From assembly GCA_026707145.1 (NCBI GenBank), contig JAPOXK010000010.1:10849-74848 (forward strand): 64,000 bases of DNA, written 5' to 3'. Source of the DNA: Chloroflexota bacterium (GTDB lineage Bacteria; Chloroflexota; Dehalococcoidia; Bin125). The notes under the pieces were generated by a model. It worked only from the letters and a program-made list of their open reading frames with translations. It was not told where the DNA came from and ran no database searches. Positions 55,195 to 64,000 of the stretch are shown here, piece after piece. Made by a program: the position numbers and the translations under genes. Within the stretch, counting starts at the first letter, position 1; each line of letters opens with the position of its first letter.

Positions 55195-56244
55195 GTGGCG
55201 ATCGATCTGCGTAGCGATACCGTCACGCAACCGACGCCGGCTATGCGGCGGGCAATGGCGGAGGCGGTGGTGGGAGATGATGTCTTCGGCGAGGACCCGA
55301 CCGTCAATGCGCTGGAGATGGAGGCGGCGCGGCGGTTGGGCAAAGAGGCGGCGCTGTTCGTAGCGAGCGGGACGATGGGAAATTTGGTTGCGCTCCTGAC
55401 GCACTGCGAGGCGGGCGACGAGGTGCTCGTAGGCGATCAGGCGCACATTTTTCAACGGGAAGTGGGGGCGGCGGCGCGTGTGGCGGGTTTGATGATCAGC
55501 ACCCTGCCCAACGAGTCCGATGGAGGATTCGATCCGGAGCGTGTGCGCCGGATGGTGCGCGGATCGGACTTACACGAACCCCGAACTCGCTTACTGACGC
55601 TGGAGAACACGCATAACTATCTAGGTGGGGCGGTGCTGAGCGTCGCGCGGACGCGTGCGCTCACCGCTGTCGCGCGGGAGATGGGTCTGCGCATCCATCT
55701 GGATGGGGCACGGATATTTAATGCCGCGTTGGCGGTGGATGCATCGGCGGCGGAGCTTGCGGCGAGCTGTGATTCGGTGGGGTTCTGCCTGTCGAAGGGG
55801 TTGGCGGCGCCGGTGGGATCGCTGTTGTGCGGAGAGGCGCCCTTCATTGAGCGCGCGCGCAAGCATCGCAAGATGCTGGGTGGTGGCATGCGTCAAGCGG
55901 GGGTGCTGGCGGCGGCGGGCTTGGTGGCGCTGCGTGAGATGGTGTCGCGGCTGGCGGCGGACCACGCCAATGCACGCCGCTTGGCCTGGGGCTTGGCGGA
56001 GCTCGGACTGCCGGTCGACGTGGAGCGCATCCAGACGAACATCGTGGTGGTGCCGGTTCCCGGCGGCGACGGGCGGGCTTTCCAACGCGCGCTGGCGGAG
56101 CGGGGAGTGCTGGCGACGGTGATTAGTGGTGGGCGGGCGCGGTTCGTGACGCACTATGGGATCGAAGGGCAGGACGTGGACGAGGCGCTGAGCCGGGTGG
56201 AGGCCGTGTTGCCGGAACGGCTTGTGAAGGATGTTGCGGAGTGA
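55195..56244 (+). CDS. ltaE: Low-specificity L-threonine aldolase
   Basis: [48 protein letters not shown]. Confidence 0.95.
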   Translation: MAIDLRSDTVTQPTPAMRRAMAEAVVGDDVFGEDPTVNALEMEAARRLGKEAALFVASGTMGNLVALLTHCEAGDEVLVGDQAHIFQREVGAAARVAGLMISTLPNESDGGFDPERVRRMVRGSDLHEPRTRLLTLENTHNYLGGAVLSVARTRALTAVAREMGLRIHLDGARIFNAALAVDASAAELAASCDSVGFCLSKGLAAPVGSLLCGEAPFIERARKHRKMLGGGMRQAGVLAAAGLVALREMVSRLAADHANARRLAWGLAELGLPVDVERIQTNIVVVPVPGGDGRAFQRALAERGVLATVISGGRARFVTHYGIEGQDVDEALSRVEAVLPERLVKDVAE

Positions 56245-57044
56245 GGAGCCGGTGGCGGGAGAGCATGTTCGCTGTCTGTGCGCTTGTAATTGTTCTCGTC
56301 GTGGCCTGTAGCGAGGAGTCGGAGTTTCCGGATGCGAGTGATCCGGTCAGTGCAATGCCCTGGCCGGACTACGAGTTGACGCGCTACACGATCACGGATC
56401 AGACAGACGAAGTGCTGGGCTCGGTGGAGTTCGAGATCGTGCGCCAGGGAGAAGAGTACACGCTGCGGGTGCTGTTCCTGCTGGACGCCCCGCCGCTGCG
56501 CGATGAGACGATGGTGCGTGTCCGGGCGGATTCGCTGGAGCCGATCGGCTACGAGCGGCGAGCGTCCGACGACGAGGACCAGCTGGAGGTGACGGGAAGC
56601 TACAGCGGAGACACAGTGATCGTGCGAATAGTAGAGAACGGGATCGTGCGAGTAGCAGAGAACGGGGAAGAGGAAGTGGAAGTGGAGACGGGAGAGTTCG
56701 CGTTCGATAACGACAGCTCAGCCTGGCTGTGGCGCAGTATCGCTTTCGATCAAGACGCGCAAGTGGTGTACCGATCGGTGAACGTGCCGCAGCGGCGAAG
56801 TCAACTCGTACGGTTACGGGTCCGGGGCCAAGATTGTGTCGCCGTGCCGGCGGGGCATTTCCTCGCATGGCAGGTGGAAGTGCGGCCTGGGCTAGACCGG
56901 CAGACGGTGTGGTATGCGGTGGAGGATCCTCAGCTGCTGATCCGCTGGGATCAGGAGCCACGCCGGTTCCTCCTACGAGAGGTGGTCACCGCGCGCGGTG
57001 GTGATCCGATCGCAGTCGAGAGCGGGAGCTGCGCGGTTCCTTAG
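56241..57044 (+). CDS. Beta-rich lipoprotein (DUF3108-like)
   Basis: LVVAC lipobox; VPAG.F.AW.V...VWY pattern. Confidence 0.65.
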   Translation: MRSRWRESMFAVCALVIVLVVACSEESEFPDASDPVSAMPWPDYELTRYTITDQTDEVLGSVEFEIVRQGEEYTLRVLFLLDAPPLRDETMVRVRADSLEPIGYERRASDDEDQLEVTGSYSGDTVIVRIVENGIVRVAENGEEEVEVETGEFAFDNDSSAWLWRSIAFDQDAQVVYRSVNVPQRRSQLVRLRVRGQDCVAVPAGHFLAWQVEVRPGLDRQTVWYAVEDPQLLIRWDQEPRRFLLREVVTARGGDPIAVESGSCAVP

Positions 57045-57175
57045 GGTGCGGGATCCTCGCCGGGAGACTCGGCAGTTTCGCCGTCGTGGACGGCGTGGGG
57101 CATTGGGCTACCCGAAGGGGATATCGGCGGGAGCTGCGGGTGACGAACTGGTGGGTTAACCCTGGTACGCAGTGC

Positions 57176-57727
57176 TCACAACGGCGCGCGGAGCCAGCTC
57201 CATATCGCCTCAAGGGCTTCGATGAAGGTGAAGTCATCGAGCCAGCGGCCTTCGTGCAGGACGAACTCCTGAAACGTTTTGATAGCCGTGAGGAATGCAA
57301 GCCAAAACGCTACGTTGCGGCGATTGAAACGGAACTGCGCGCCGCGCAGACGCGGGTACCAGTGAGGAAGGCTGGCGGCGAAGAGGAACCAAAACTCGAA
57401 GACGTTGGGGAAGAAGAGCAGCAGGTCACGGTTCCCGGTGGTTTCGAAGACGACGAACCCGACAAGGCGGTAACCCAAGAGGGCGAGAGCGATGTCCTTG
57501 GCGGGACCCTGCCAGCGCCAAGCGACGAGAAGGAAAGTTAGGAGATAGACCAGGTCGCTGTACTTGTCGAAGCGCTGGTAGTCACCGAGGCCGCCCAGGT
57601 CAAGCAGGTTCATCCAGAGCAGGTCGCTCAGATCGATGAAGACGGCGATGAGCCCGCCAACGAAAGCCCAGCGCAGAACTGGGAGCGAGCCGAGGACGCG
57701 GATCGCGCCGACGACGAGGATTTCCAT
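57176..57727 (-). CDS. Integral membrane hypothetical protein
   Basis: Multi-TM; YQ.FDK..D, FPNVFE, QEF.LH pattern. Confidence 0.7.
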   Translation of the reverse strand: MEILVVGAIRVLGSLPVLRWAFVGGLIAVFIDLSDLLWMNLLDLGGLGDYQRFDKYSDLVYLLTFLLVAWRWQGPAKDIALALLGYRLVGFVVFETTGNRDLLLFFPNVFEFWFLFAASLPHWYPRLRGAQFRFNRRNVAFWLAFLTAIKTFQEFVLHEGRWLDDFTFIEALEAIWSWLRAPL

Positions 57728-57788
57728 GGGGCTATTGTCAGCCGCGCGGGTATGCCGCGCCTAGGGGCCTGGCGGCAGGTGGCGGGAG

Positions 57789-58463
57789 CTAGTAGGTGGA
57801 GACGTTGATCTCGGTGAGTCGGCCCGTGACGAGGAAGATGGCGCGCTCGCAGATGTTGGTGGCGCGATCGGCGATGCGCTCAAGGTTATGGGAGCACCAG
57901 ATCACGTGAGTGACGGCGTCGAACTCGCTGGCGTCGTGAGGAACGCCGGCGAGCCGCCGCAGAAGACGCTGGTTGACGGCGGTGTAGAGCTCATCGACCT
58001 CATCGTCGAGATCGCAGGTAGTGCGCGCGCGCGCTTCGTCTTTATCGATGAACGCTGTAATGGCGAGGCGGAGCATGCCCTGGGCCTTGTCTTTCATCTC
58101 CCAGAGGGCGGGTTCCTCGCTGGCGATGGGGTCGTCTTGGAGGAACAAGGCGATACGGGCGATACCGTCGGCGTGGTCCGCGATACGTTCGAGCTCGGTG
58201 ACGATGGAGAGAACGGAGACCATCTCGCGCAGGTCGGAGGCGACGGGCGCTTGGCGAGCCATGATGTCCAGGCATCGTTCCTCAATGGCGTATCGCTCGG
58301 CGTTGATCTCGTCGTCACCCTCGACGACCGCTCTGGCGAGCGCGAGGTCGCGGCGCTGGAGGGCGTCCATCGCGTCGGTGATGGCTTTGTCAGCACGAGA
58401 GTGGAGCAGACGGACATCGTCGTGGAGTCTGGCAATGCCTTCTTCGAGAAGCGTGCGCGCCAT
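57789..58463 (-). CDS. phoU: Phosphate signalling protein PhoU
   Basis: D.EIN, QAPVASDLR, LERIADH, D.EVD, LERIADRATNICE. Confidence 0.96.
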   Translation of the reverse strand: MARTLLEEGIARLHDDVRLLHSRADKAITDAMDALQRRDLALARAVVEGDDEINAERYAIEERCLDIMARQAPVASDLREMVSVLSIVTELERIADHADGIARIALFLQDDPIASEEPALWEMKDKAQGMLRLAITAFIDKDEARARTTCDLDDEVDELYTAVNQRLLRRLAGVPHDASEFDAVTHVIWCSHNLERIADRATNICERAIFLVTGRLTEINVSTY

Positions 58464-58484
58464 AGCGAATCCTTCCGGCCGCGG

Positions 58485-59423
58485 TTAGCCGTAGCGCCCT
58501 GTGATGTAATCCTCGGTGCGGGAGTCCTTGGGATTGGTGAAGATGTCGTTAGTCGGTGCGAATTCGACGAGGCGGCCGGTGCGGTCATCGGCGGCGAGCA
58601 GGAAGGCCGTGTAATCGGAGACGCGGGCGGCTTGCTGCATATTGTGCGTGACGACGACGATAGTGTATTCCTCTGCGAGTTCGCGCATGAGGTCCTCGAT
58701 CTTGAGGGTGGCAACCGGGTCCAAGGCGCTGCAAGGCTCGTCCATGAGGATGACCTCCGGCGAGACGGCGATGGCGCGAGCGATGCAGAGGCGCTGTTGC
58801 TGACCGCCGGAGAGCGCGAGCGCGTTCTTCTTCAGATCGTCTTTGACTTCGTCCCAGAGGGCAGCGCGTCTGAGGGATCGCTCGATGAGTTCCTTGAGGT
58901 CCCCCTTGTAGCCATTCACCCGTGGGCCGAAGGCGACGTTGTCGAAGATGGATTTCGGGAAGGGGTTCGGCTTCTGGAAGACCATACCGATGCGGCGGCG
59001 AATGACGACGGGGTCGACGCCGTAGCCGACCAACTCCTCCCCTTCGAAGTCGATGGATCCCGTCATACGGAAGCTGGGGACTAGATCGTTCATGCGATCG
59101 AAGCAACGGAGCAGCGTGCTCTTGCCGCAACCGGAGGGGCCGATCAGGGCAGTGACGCGCCCCTTCGCGATGTCGAGGTCGATGCTGTCGAGCGCTTGGA
59201 AGTCGCCGTAGTAAACGGAGAGGTTGCGAACGCGCAATGAGAGGTCTTCCCCGACCTCTTGACGGACGGCGGCCTGCTGGACGCGGATTTCGCCGGTGAG
59301 GTCGCGGTCCGCGCTGGGAATCTGCGTCGCGCCCTGCCCAGTGTGGGGAGTTGGGACGCGGCGACCGGCGTTCGAGTCGTCATCGTGGGTGTCCGGGGTC
59401 TTGGGGGACTTAAGCATGGTCAC
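58485..59423 (-). CDS. pstB: Phosphate ABC transporter ATPase
   Basis: [52 protein letters not shown]. Confidence 0.97.
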   Translation of the reverse strand: MTMLKSPKTPDTHDDDSNAGRRVPTPHTGQGATQIPSADRDLTGEIRVQQAAVRQEVGEDLSLRVRNLSVYYGDFQALDSIDLDIAKGRVTALIGPSGCGKSTLLRCFDRMNDLVPSFRMTGSIDFEGEELVGYGVDPVVIRRRIGMVFQKPNPFPKSIFDNVAFGPRVNGYKGDLKELIERSLRRAALWDEVKDDLKKNALALSGGQQQRLCIARAIAVSPEVILMDEPCSALDPVATLKIEDLMRELAEEYTIVVVTHNMQQAARVSDYTAFLLAADDRTGRLVEFAPTNDIFTNPKDSRTEDYITGRYG

Positions 59424-59437
59424 CCGTTCCCTCGTTT

Positions 59438-60346
59438 CTACCAGCGTACGCGGGTCTTGGCTCTGAGGAAAATGGCGAGGCTGTTCATGATCAGCAGGAT
59501 GATCAAGAGCAAAATGATGCCGGCGGCAGCGATCTCTTGGAAACCGGGCTGGGGCCGCGAAACCCAGTTGAAGATTTGGATTGGCAGGACGGTGAAGGGA
59601 TCCAGCGGATCCTGGGGCAGGAAGGCGATGAAGGTGAGTGCGCCGATCATGATCAGTGGCGCAGTTTCGCCGATGGCGCGGGACATGGCGAGAATGTTGC
59701 CGGTGAGCATGCCGCCGAAGGCGTAAGGCAGGACGACCGAGCGGGTGACCTGCCAGCGAGTGGCGCCGAGGGCGTAGGCGCCTTCGCGCATGGAGGGAGG
59801 GACGGCCCGCAGGGACTCTTGGCCGGCCACGATGATGATGGGCATGACGAGGAGGGCCATCGTCAAGGATCCAGAGAGCACACTGCGCTCGAGTTCCATG
59901 GCGCGCACGAAGAGCTGAAGGCCGAGCAGACCGTAGACGATGGAGGGGATGCCGGCGAGGTTGGCGATGTTGAGCTGGACGAGACGTGAGAACCAGTTGC
60001 GCCGGGCGTACTCCTCTAGGTAAATGGCCGCTGCGACCCCGAGAGGGAAGGCGACGGCAGCGGTGATGGCCATCATGTAGAGCGTGCCGATGACGGCCGC
60101 CTTCACTCCCGCTCGATCGGGAAAGCGGGAGGCGAAGCTGTTTAGGAAATCGGTGTCGAGGATGGTGGGGAGGCCGAAAAGGCGGGAAGCGCCGTCGAGG
60201 AGCACGTCAACGACGAGCGCGCCCAGCATGGTAAGTCCGACGAGGACCGCGAGGAGACAGGCGCCGACGAAGATCCGGCCGATCCAGCGGCGAAGCGTGA
60301 GGCGAGGGTTCCAAACAGTCGGCGCGGGCGCCGCGATCGTGGTCAT
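59438..60346 (-). CDS. pstA: Phosphate ABC transporter permease PstA
   Basis: [26 protein letters not shown]. Confidence 0.96.
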   Translation of the reverse strand: MTTIAAPAPTVWNPRLTLRRWIGRIFVGACLLAVLVGLTMLGALVVDVLLDGASRLFGLPTILDTDFLNSFASRFPDRAGVKAAVIGTLYMMAITAAVAFPLGVAAAIYLEEYARRNWFSRLVQLNIANLAGIPSIVYGLLGLQLFVRAMELERSVLSGSLTMALLVMPIIIVAGQESLRAVPPSMREGAYALGATRWQVTRSVVLPYAFGGMLTGNILAMSRAIGETAPLIMIGALTFIAFLPQDPLDPFTVLPIQIFNWVSRPQPGFQEIAAAGIILLLIILLIMNSLAIFLRAKTRVRW

Positions 60347-61311
60347 TCGTACTCCTCACGGAAGCGGTGCGCGACCCACTGGGCGATGAGGTTCATGCCC
60401 AGCGTGAAGACGAAGAGCGTCATCGCGACGGCGAAGAGCGTGCGGAACTCCAGGCTGCCTTGGGGGGTGTCGCCAAGGCTGATTTGAACGATGAAGGAGG
60501 TCATCGTCTGAATCGTCTCGCGGGGGTCGATGGTGAAATTGGGATTCTGGCCGGCGGCGATGGTGACGATCATGGTCTCGCCGATCGCGCGCGAGAAGGC
60601 AAGGATGATGGAGGCGACGACGCCGGAGAGCGCAGCGGGAAGCACGACACGGACCGCCGTCTCCATCCGCGTCGCGCCCATTGCGAAGGACGCCTCCCGG
60701 AGGGAGCGCGGTACGGCCGACAGGGCGTCCTCACTGAGGGAAGAGATCATGGGGAGGACCATGACGCCCATGACGATGCCGGCGCTGAGCGCATTGAAGA
60801 TGCTCACTCCGGGAATGTTGAGGATGTCGCGGATGATCGGGGTGATGAAGAGCAGGGCGAAGTAGCCGTAGACGACGGTCGGGATGCCCGCCAGGATTTC
60901 AAGGACGGGCTTGACGACTTCGCGAACTTTTTCCGGAGCGAACTCGCTCAGAAAAATGGCAGCCAGCAGTCCGAGCGGGACTCCGACGATGAGCGCGATT
61001 ACCGCCACCATCACGGTGCCGCTGACGAGCGCCCAGACGCCGAAGCTCTGATCCGAAGTGATGAGCGGGGACCATTGCGTCGAACCGAAGTACTCGAGGA
61101 AGCTGATTTCGCGGAAGAACTCGATCGTTTCGAAGAGCAGGATGAAAACGATGCCGATGGTGACGAATGCGCCCAGCGAGGCGCTGAGGAAGAGGAGGAG
61201 ATGGGCGACGCGACCGCTGAGCGTTTCACCGCCCGCGCCGCTCCGGCTCGGATTGAGGTAGGTGCGCCAGAGATGTTGCAACGTGGAGCGCTGGGGAAGC
61301 GTATGGATCAC
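60343..61311 (-). CDS. pstC: Phosphate ABC transporter permease PstC
   Basis: [29 protein letters not shown]. Confidence 0.96.
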   Translation of the reverse strand: MIHTLPQRSTLQHLWRTYLNPSRSGAGGETLSGRVAHLLLFLSASLGAFVTIGIVFILLFETIEFFREISFLEYFGSTQWSPLITSDQSFGVWALVSGTVMVAVIALIVGVPLGLLAAIFLSEFAPEKVREVVKPVLEILAGIPTVVYGYFALLFITPIIRDILNIPGVSIFNALSAGIVMGVMVLPMISSLSEDALSAVPRSLREASFAMGATRMETAVRVVLPAALSGVVASIILAFSRAIGETMIVTIAAGQNPNFTIDPRETIQTMTSFIVQISLGDTPQGSLEFRTLFAVAMTLFVFTLGMNLIAQWVAHRFREEYE

Positions 61312-61343
61312 ACGCCGAGGCTACGGAGCGCGCTGCGGAGATG

Positions 61344-61361
61344 GGTTAAGAGGCGGTTAAG
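61344..61361 (-). promoter_or_regulatory. Pho box upstream of pstC
   Basis: CTTAACC-N4-CTTAACC at 11-bp period on the - strand, overlapping the phoR stop; TAGCCT-N6-GTG follows. Confidence 0.75.
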
Positions 61362-63136
61362 GTCTTCGTCTGCGCCGTCTGCGTGATAGCCGTGCGGGGT
61401 CGCTCACCCTCCGAGCGCTCTCTGTCTGTTGGGACGGGGAAGGAGAAGGAGAACGTCGAGCCGTGGCCGAGTTCACTTTCGAGGGCGACCTCGCCCCCGT
61501 GGATCTGGGCGATATGCCGCACCAGCGCCAACCCCAAACCACTCCCATGTTGGCCGGAGCGAGAGCGATCGAGCTGGTAGAACCGCTGGAACACCCGGCT
61601 CTGCTCTTCGCGGGGGATCCCGATGCCGGTATCACGGACGCAGAGCCACGCCATGTCGCTTTGTGACCGCGCGAAGACGGTGATCGCACCGGATGCCGGG
61701 GTGAACTTGGTGGCGTTCTGGAGAAGATTGAGGAGGGCCTGAAGAGCGAGATCGGGATCGGCGGCGATGGTGAGATGGGGTGGTGCGACGGGTTCCACCG
61801 TAAGGGTCAAGCCTGCGCGGGCGGCCTGCGGGCGGATACGCTCGGCGGCTTCCTCGATCAATTGTGCAACCTCCACGGATCGGATCTGGGGCTGGGCGAG
61901 GCCGGATTCGAGGCGGGCAAGTTCCAGCATCTCCTCAACCAGTTGGGCCATGCGATCCGTCTCAGCGTGAATGATCTGATGGAAGCGGGCGGCCTCGTGC
62001 TGGGGGAGGCCTTGCTCGAGGGTTTCGATGGCTCCGCTGATTGAGGTCAGTGGCGTACGAAGTTCGTGCGAGATATTGGCGACGAAGTCACGGCGAGCGG
62101 CTTCGGCTTCGTGGAGAGCCGTGACGTCGTGCATGACAAGGACGGCGGACCAGTCGCCCCCTTCCGCAACGGGAGCGGCAACGGTTTGGAAGTGGCGTTC
62201 GTTGTGGCGGATTAGGACGGGAGGAGCGGGCGTACCGCTTTGAGCTTGCCGGACGAGTTCGTAGATCTGGTGGTCGGGAAGGACGTCGAGCAGGGATGCG
62301 CCGACGACGGTCTCGTTGGTGGGGCGGGCCGCGTGCGCGGCTGGGTTGGCGTAGAGCACGGTACCGCCATGGTCGATCGCGACGACGATGTCCGCGGATG
62401 CGGCGAGCGCAGCGGCGAGGCGGCGGCGCTCGTCGGCCAGCGCGTTGCGCTCACGCTGCAGCTCTGCCCGGGTTACGTTGATCGCACGCGCGATGGAGCG
62501 CGTCTGCTCGGGCCCGCTGAGCGGGAGAGGGGCGGCGGCTATGGCAGCGCGGCCGAGTCGCTGCAAGGGGCGGGCGATCGCAGTGTGAAGGATGAGGATC
62601 GCGATGATGCCGCCGAAGGTGACGATGGCCGTCGCGATCGCGATGGAGCGGACCAGCGAGTCGCCGCCGCGTGCTGAATCCGGCAGGGCGACTCGCGCGA
62701 ATCCGAGGAGCGCGCCTGTGCTATCGCGCACGGCGACGGCGACGAAAGTTGCGGATTCGCCAGCGGCAAGGGCGAGGCGGCGGGCGCGTCCCACGCCGCT
62801 CGCAGTGGCTTCGGTGATTTCGGGCTGGGTCGCCTGGTTGATGCCCGCGTCCTCGGTTGCACCGAGGACCGTGCCGTTCGGGGCGATAAAGGTGACCGCA
62901 CCGTCATCTCGGGCGAGTGAGGCCGCGAGAGTCGCCAGCGCGTCGGCGTTGTTCGCGGCGAGCGCGTCGGCGGCGAGATGGCCGAGTTGGCGCGCCTGCG
63001 CGGCGAGGCGGTCGGCGACCGCGTCGTGCGTACTGTTGATGGCCGTGAGGGTTGTGTAGGCAGCGACTCCGCCTATCGCGGCGAGCAACACGACGATGGC
63101 CGTTGCGCTGAAGCGGGCGCTGAGGCTCTGAAGCAC
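61346..63136 (-). CDS. phoR: Phosphate-regulon sensor histidine kinase
   Basis: Two TM helices, PAS-like domain, DFVANISHELRTPLT, NATKFT, DTGIGIP, F.RFY, GSGLGL. Confidence 0.9.
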   Translation of the reverse strand: MLQSLSARFSATAIVVLLAAIGGVAAYTTLTAINSTHDAVADRLAAQARQLGHLAADALAANNADALATLAASLARDDGAVTFIAPNGTVLGATEDAGINQATQPEITEATASGVGRARRLALAAGESATFVAVAVRDSTGALLGFARVALPDSARGGDSLVRSIAIATAIVTFGGIIAILILHTAIARPLQRLGRAAIAAAPLPLSGPEQTRSIARAINVTRAELQRERNALADERRRLAAALAASADIVVAIDHGGTVLYANPAAHAARPTNETVVGASLLDVLPDHQIYELVRQAQSGTPAPPVLIRHNERHFQTVAAPVAEGGDWSAVLVMHDVTALHEAEAARRDFVANISHELRTPLTSISGAIETLEQGLPQHEAARFHQIIHAETDRMAQLVEEMLELARLESGLAQPQIRSVEVAQLIEEAAERIRPQAARAGLTLTVEPVAPPHLTIAADPDLALQALLNLLQNATKFTPASGAITVFARSQSDMAWLCVRDTGIGIPREEQSRVFQRFYQLDRSRSGQHGSGLGLALVRHIAQIHGGEVALESELGHGSTFSFSFPVPTDRERSEGERPRTAITQTAQTKTLTAS

Positions 63137-63145
63137 GTTCCTACA

Positions 63146-63826
63146 CTACAGTTCGAAGCGGTAGCCGGCGCCGCGGACCGTCAAGAGATGCGTTGGCGTC
63201 GCGGGATCGGGCTCGATTTTGCGGCGGAGCCAGCGCACGTGCACGTCGACGGTGCGGCTACCTCCGGCGAAATCGTAATTCCAGACGTCGTTGAGGATCT
63301 GGTCGCGCTCAATGGCGCGGCCGGGGCGCTGAGCGAGATAGGCGAGGAGATCGTACTCCTTCGGACGCAGCGGGACGGCCGTACCGGCTTGCCGGAGTTC
63401 GCGGCGGGCGGTGTCGAGGGTGAAATCGCCAAAGGTGATGATCAGCGGCGCGGCGCTCGCGGCGCCGTTGCGGCGGCGGAGATGGGCGCGAACGCGGGCC
63501 AGCAGTTCGGCGATGCTAAAGGGTTTCGTAATGTAGTCGTCCGCACCGAGGTCGAGACCATGGACGCGATCGGCCTCGGCCGTACGAGCGGTGAGGACAA
63601 GGACGGGGACGTTTGAGTCGCGGCGGATCTGCCGCAAGACTTCAGTGCCGCTCAGCAGCGGCAGCATGAGATCCAAAATGATGAGGTCGGGTTGGAGGCG
63701 CCGGACCGACTCGATCGCTTGCTCGCCATCCTCGGCGGTGTGGACATCGAAGCCTTCCCGTTCGAGGTTGAACCGAATCGTCGTTGCGATATGCGTTTCG
63801 TCCTCGACGACTAGGACCGTTGCCAC
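63146..63826 (-). CDS. phoB: OmpR/PhoB family response regulator
   Basis: VLVVEDE, LDLMLP, GADDYITKPF, RTVDVHV..LR.KIE, VRG.GY; GTG with GGGAGG RBS. Confidence 0.9.
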   Translation of the reverse strand: MATVLVVEDETHIATTIRFNLEREGFDVHTAEDGEQAIESVRRLQPDLIILDLMLPLLSGTEVLRQIRRDSNVPVLVLTARTAEADRVHGLDLGADDYITKPFSIAELLARVRAHLRRRNGAASAAPLIITFGDFTLDTARRELRQAGTAVPLRPKEYDLLAYLAQRPGRAIERDQILNDVWNYDFAGGSRTVDVHVRWLRRKIEPDPATPTHLLTVRGAGYRFEL

Positions 63827-63925
63827 GGCGACGCCTCCCGCGCGTACAGTCCAGCGGGGCTCTTGGCGGATGCTGGACGGTCGTGGTGAGTGTATCGATG
63901 GGTCGGGTCGGGTCGTTGCCTTCGC

Positions 63926-63942
63926 GGTTAACTCCCGGTTAA
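63926..63942 (-). promoter_or_regulatory. Pho box upstream of phoB (autoregulation)
   Basis: TTAACC-N5-TTAACC at 11-bp period on the - strand. Confidence 0.7.
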
Positions 63943-64000
63943 TCACGGCCGTGGCTCGGGCGGTTGAGCGCCTTGTGGGTGCAAGGGAAGGGGCGCTTGG

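Noticed and set aside
1-64000. Prophage, IS, integron, tRNA or rRNA genes
   Set aside because: No integrase, transposase or phage structural genes, and no cloverleaf or rRNA signatures recognised by eye

Overview
GC-rich bacterial chromosomal segment. Its gene content (long N-terminally extended GreA, paired LLM/SDR/SnoaL/MaoC/DinB/PAC2 genes, caa3-type oxidase, many leaderless genes) is most consistent with an aerobic Chloroflexota (Dehalococcoidia-like) genome; this assignment is inference. It is mostly core genome: Fe3+ ABC transporter, ECF sigma/anti-sigma pair, LysM/M23 cell-wall proteins, nadE, a complete cytochrome c oxidase plus heme A/O operon, citrate synthase, two Gre factors, rsmG, leuS, rsmD-coaD, lysS, serS, ltaE and phoB-phoR-pstCAB-phoU. 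No prophage, IS or CRISPR was seen. The strongest hidden signal is a ferredoxin-thioredoxin reductase catalytic subunit that the ORF track truncates at 3622. Its CHC motif reads C-H-TGA, is followed by an E. coli-type SECIS hairpin, and the frame stays open for 72 more codons, so it is a probable selenoprotein. Other notable items: a degenerate nuclease-fold domain fused to duplicated oxidase-subunit-IV-like hairpins heading the Rex-box-preceded cox operon; a foreign beta-domain inserted in CoxB; a GC-skew switch plus a long 6S-like RNA rod at about 37.7-38.1 kb; NrtR, IdeR/DtxR, Rex and Pho boxes; non-canonical start codons; and a Gre paralog lacking the catalytic acidic tip. All calls were made by eye, without database searches.
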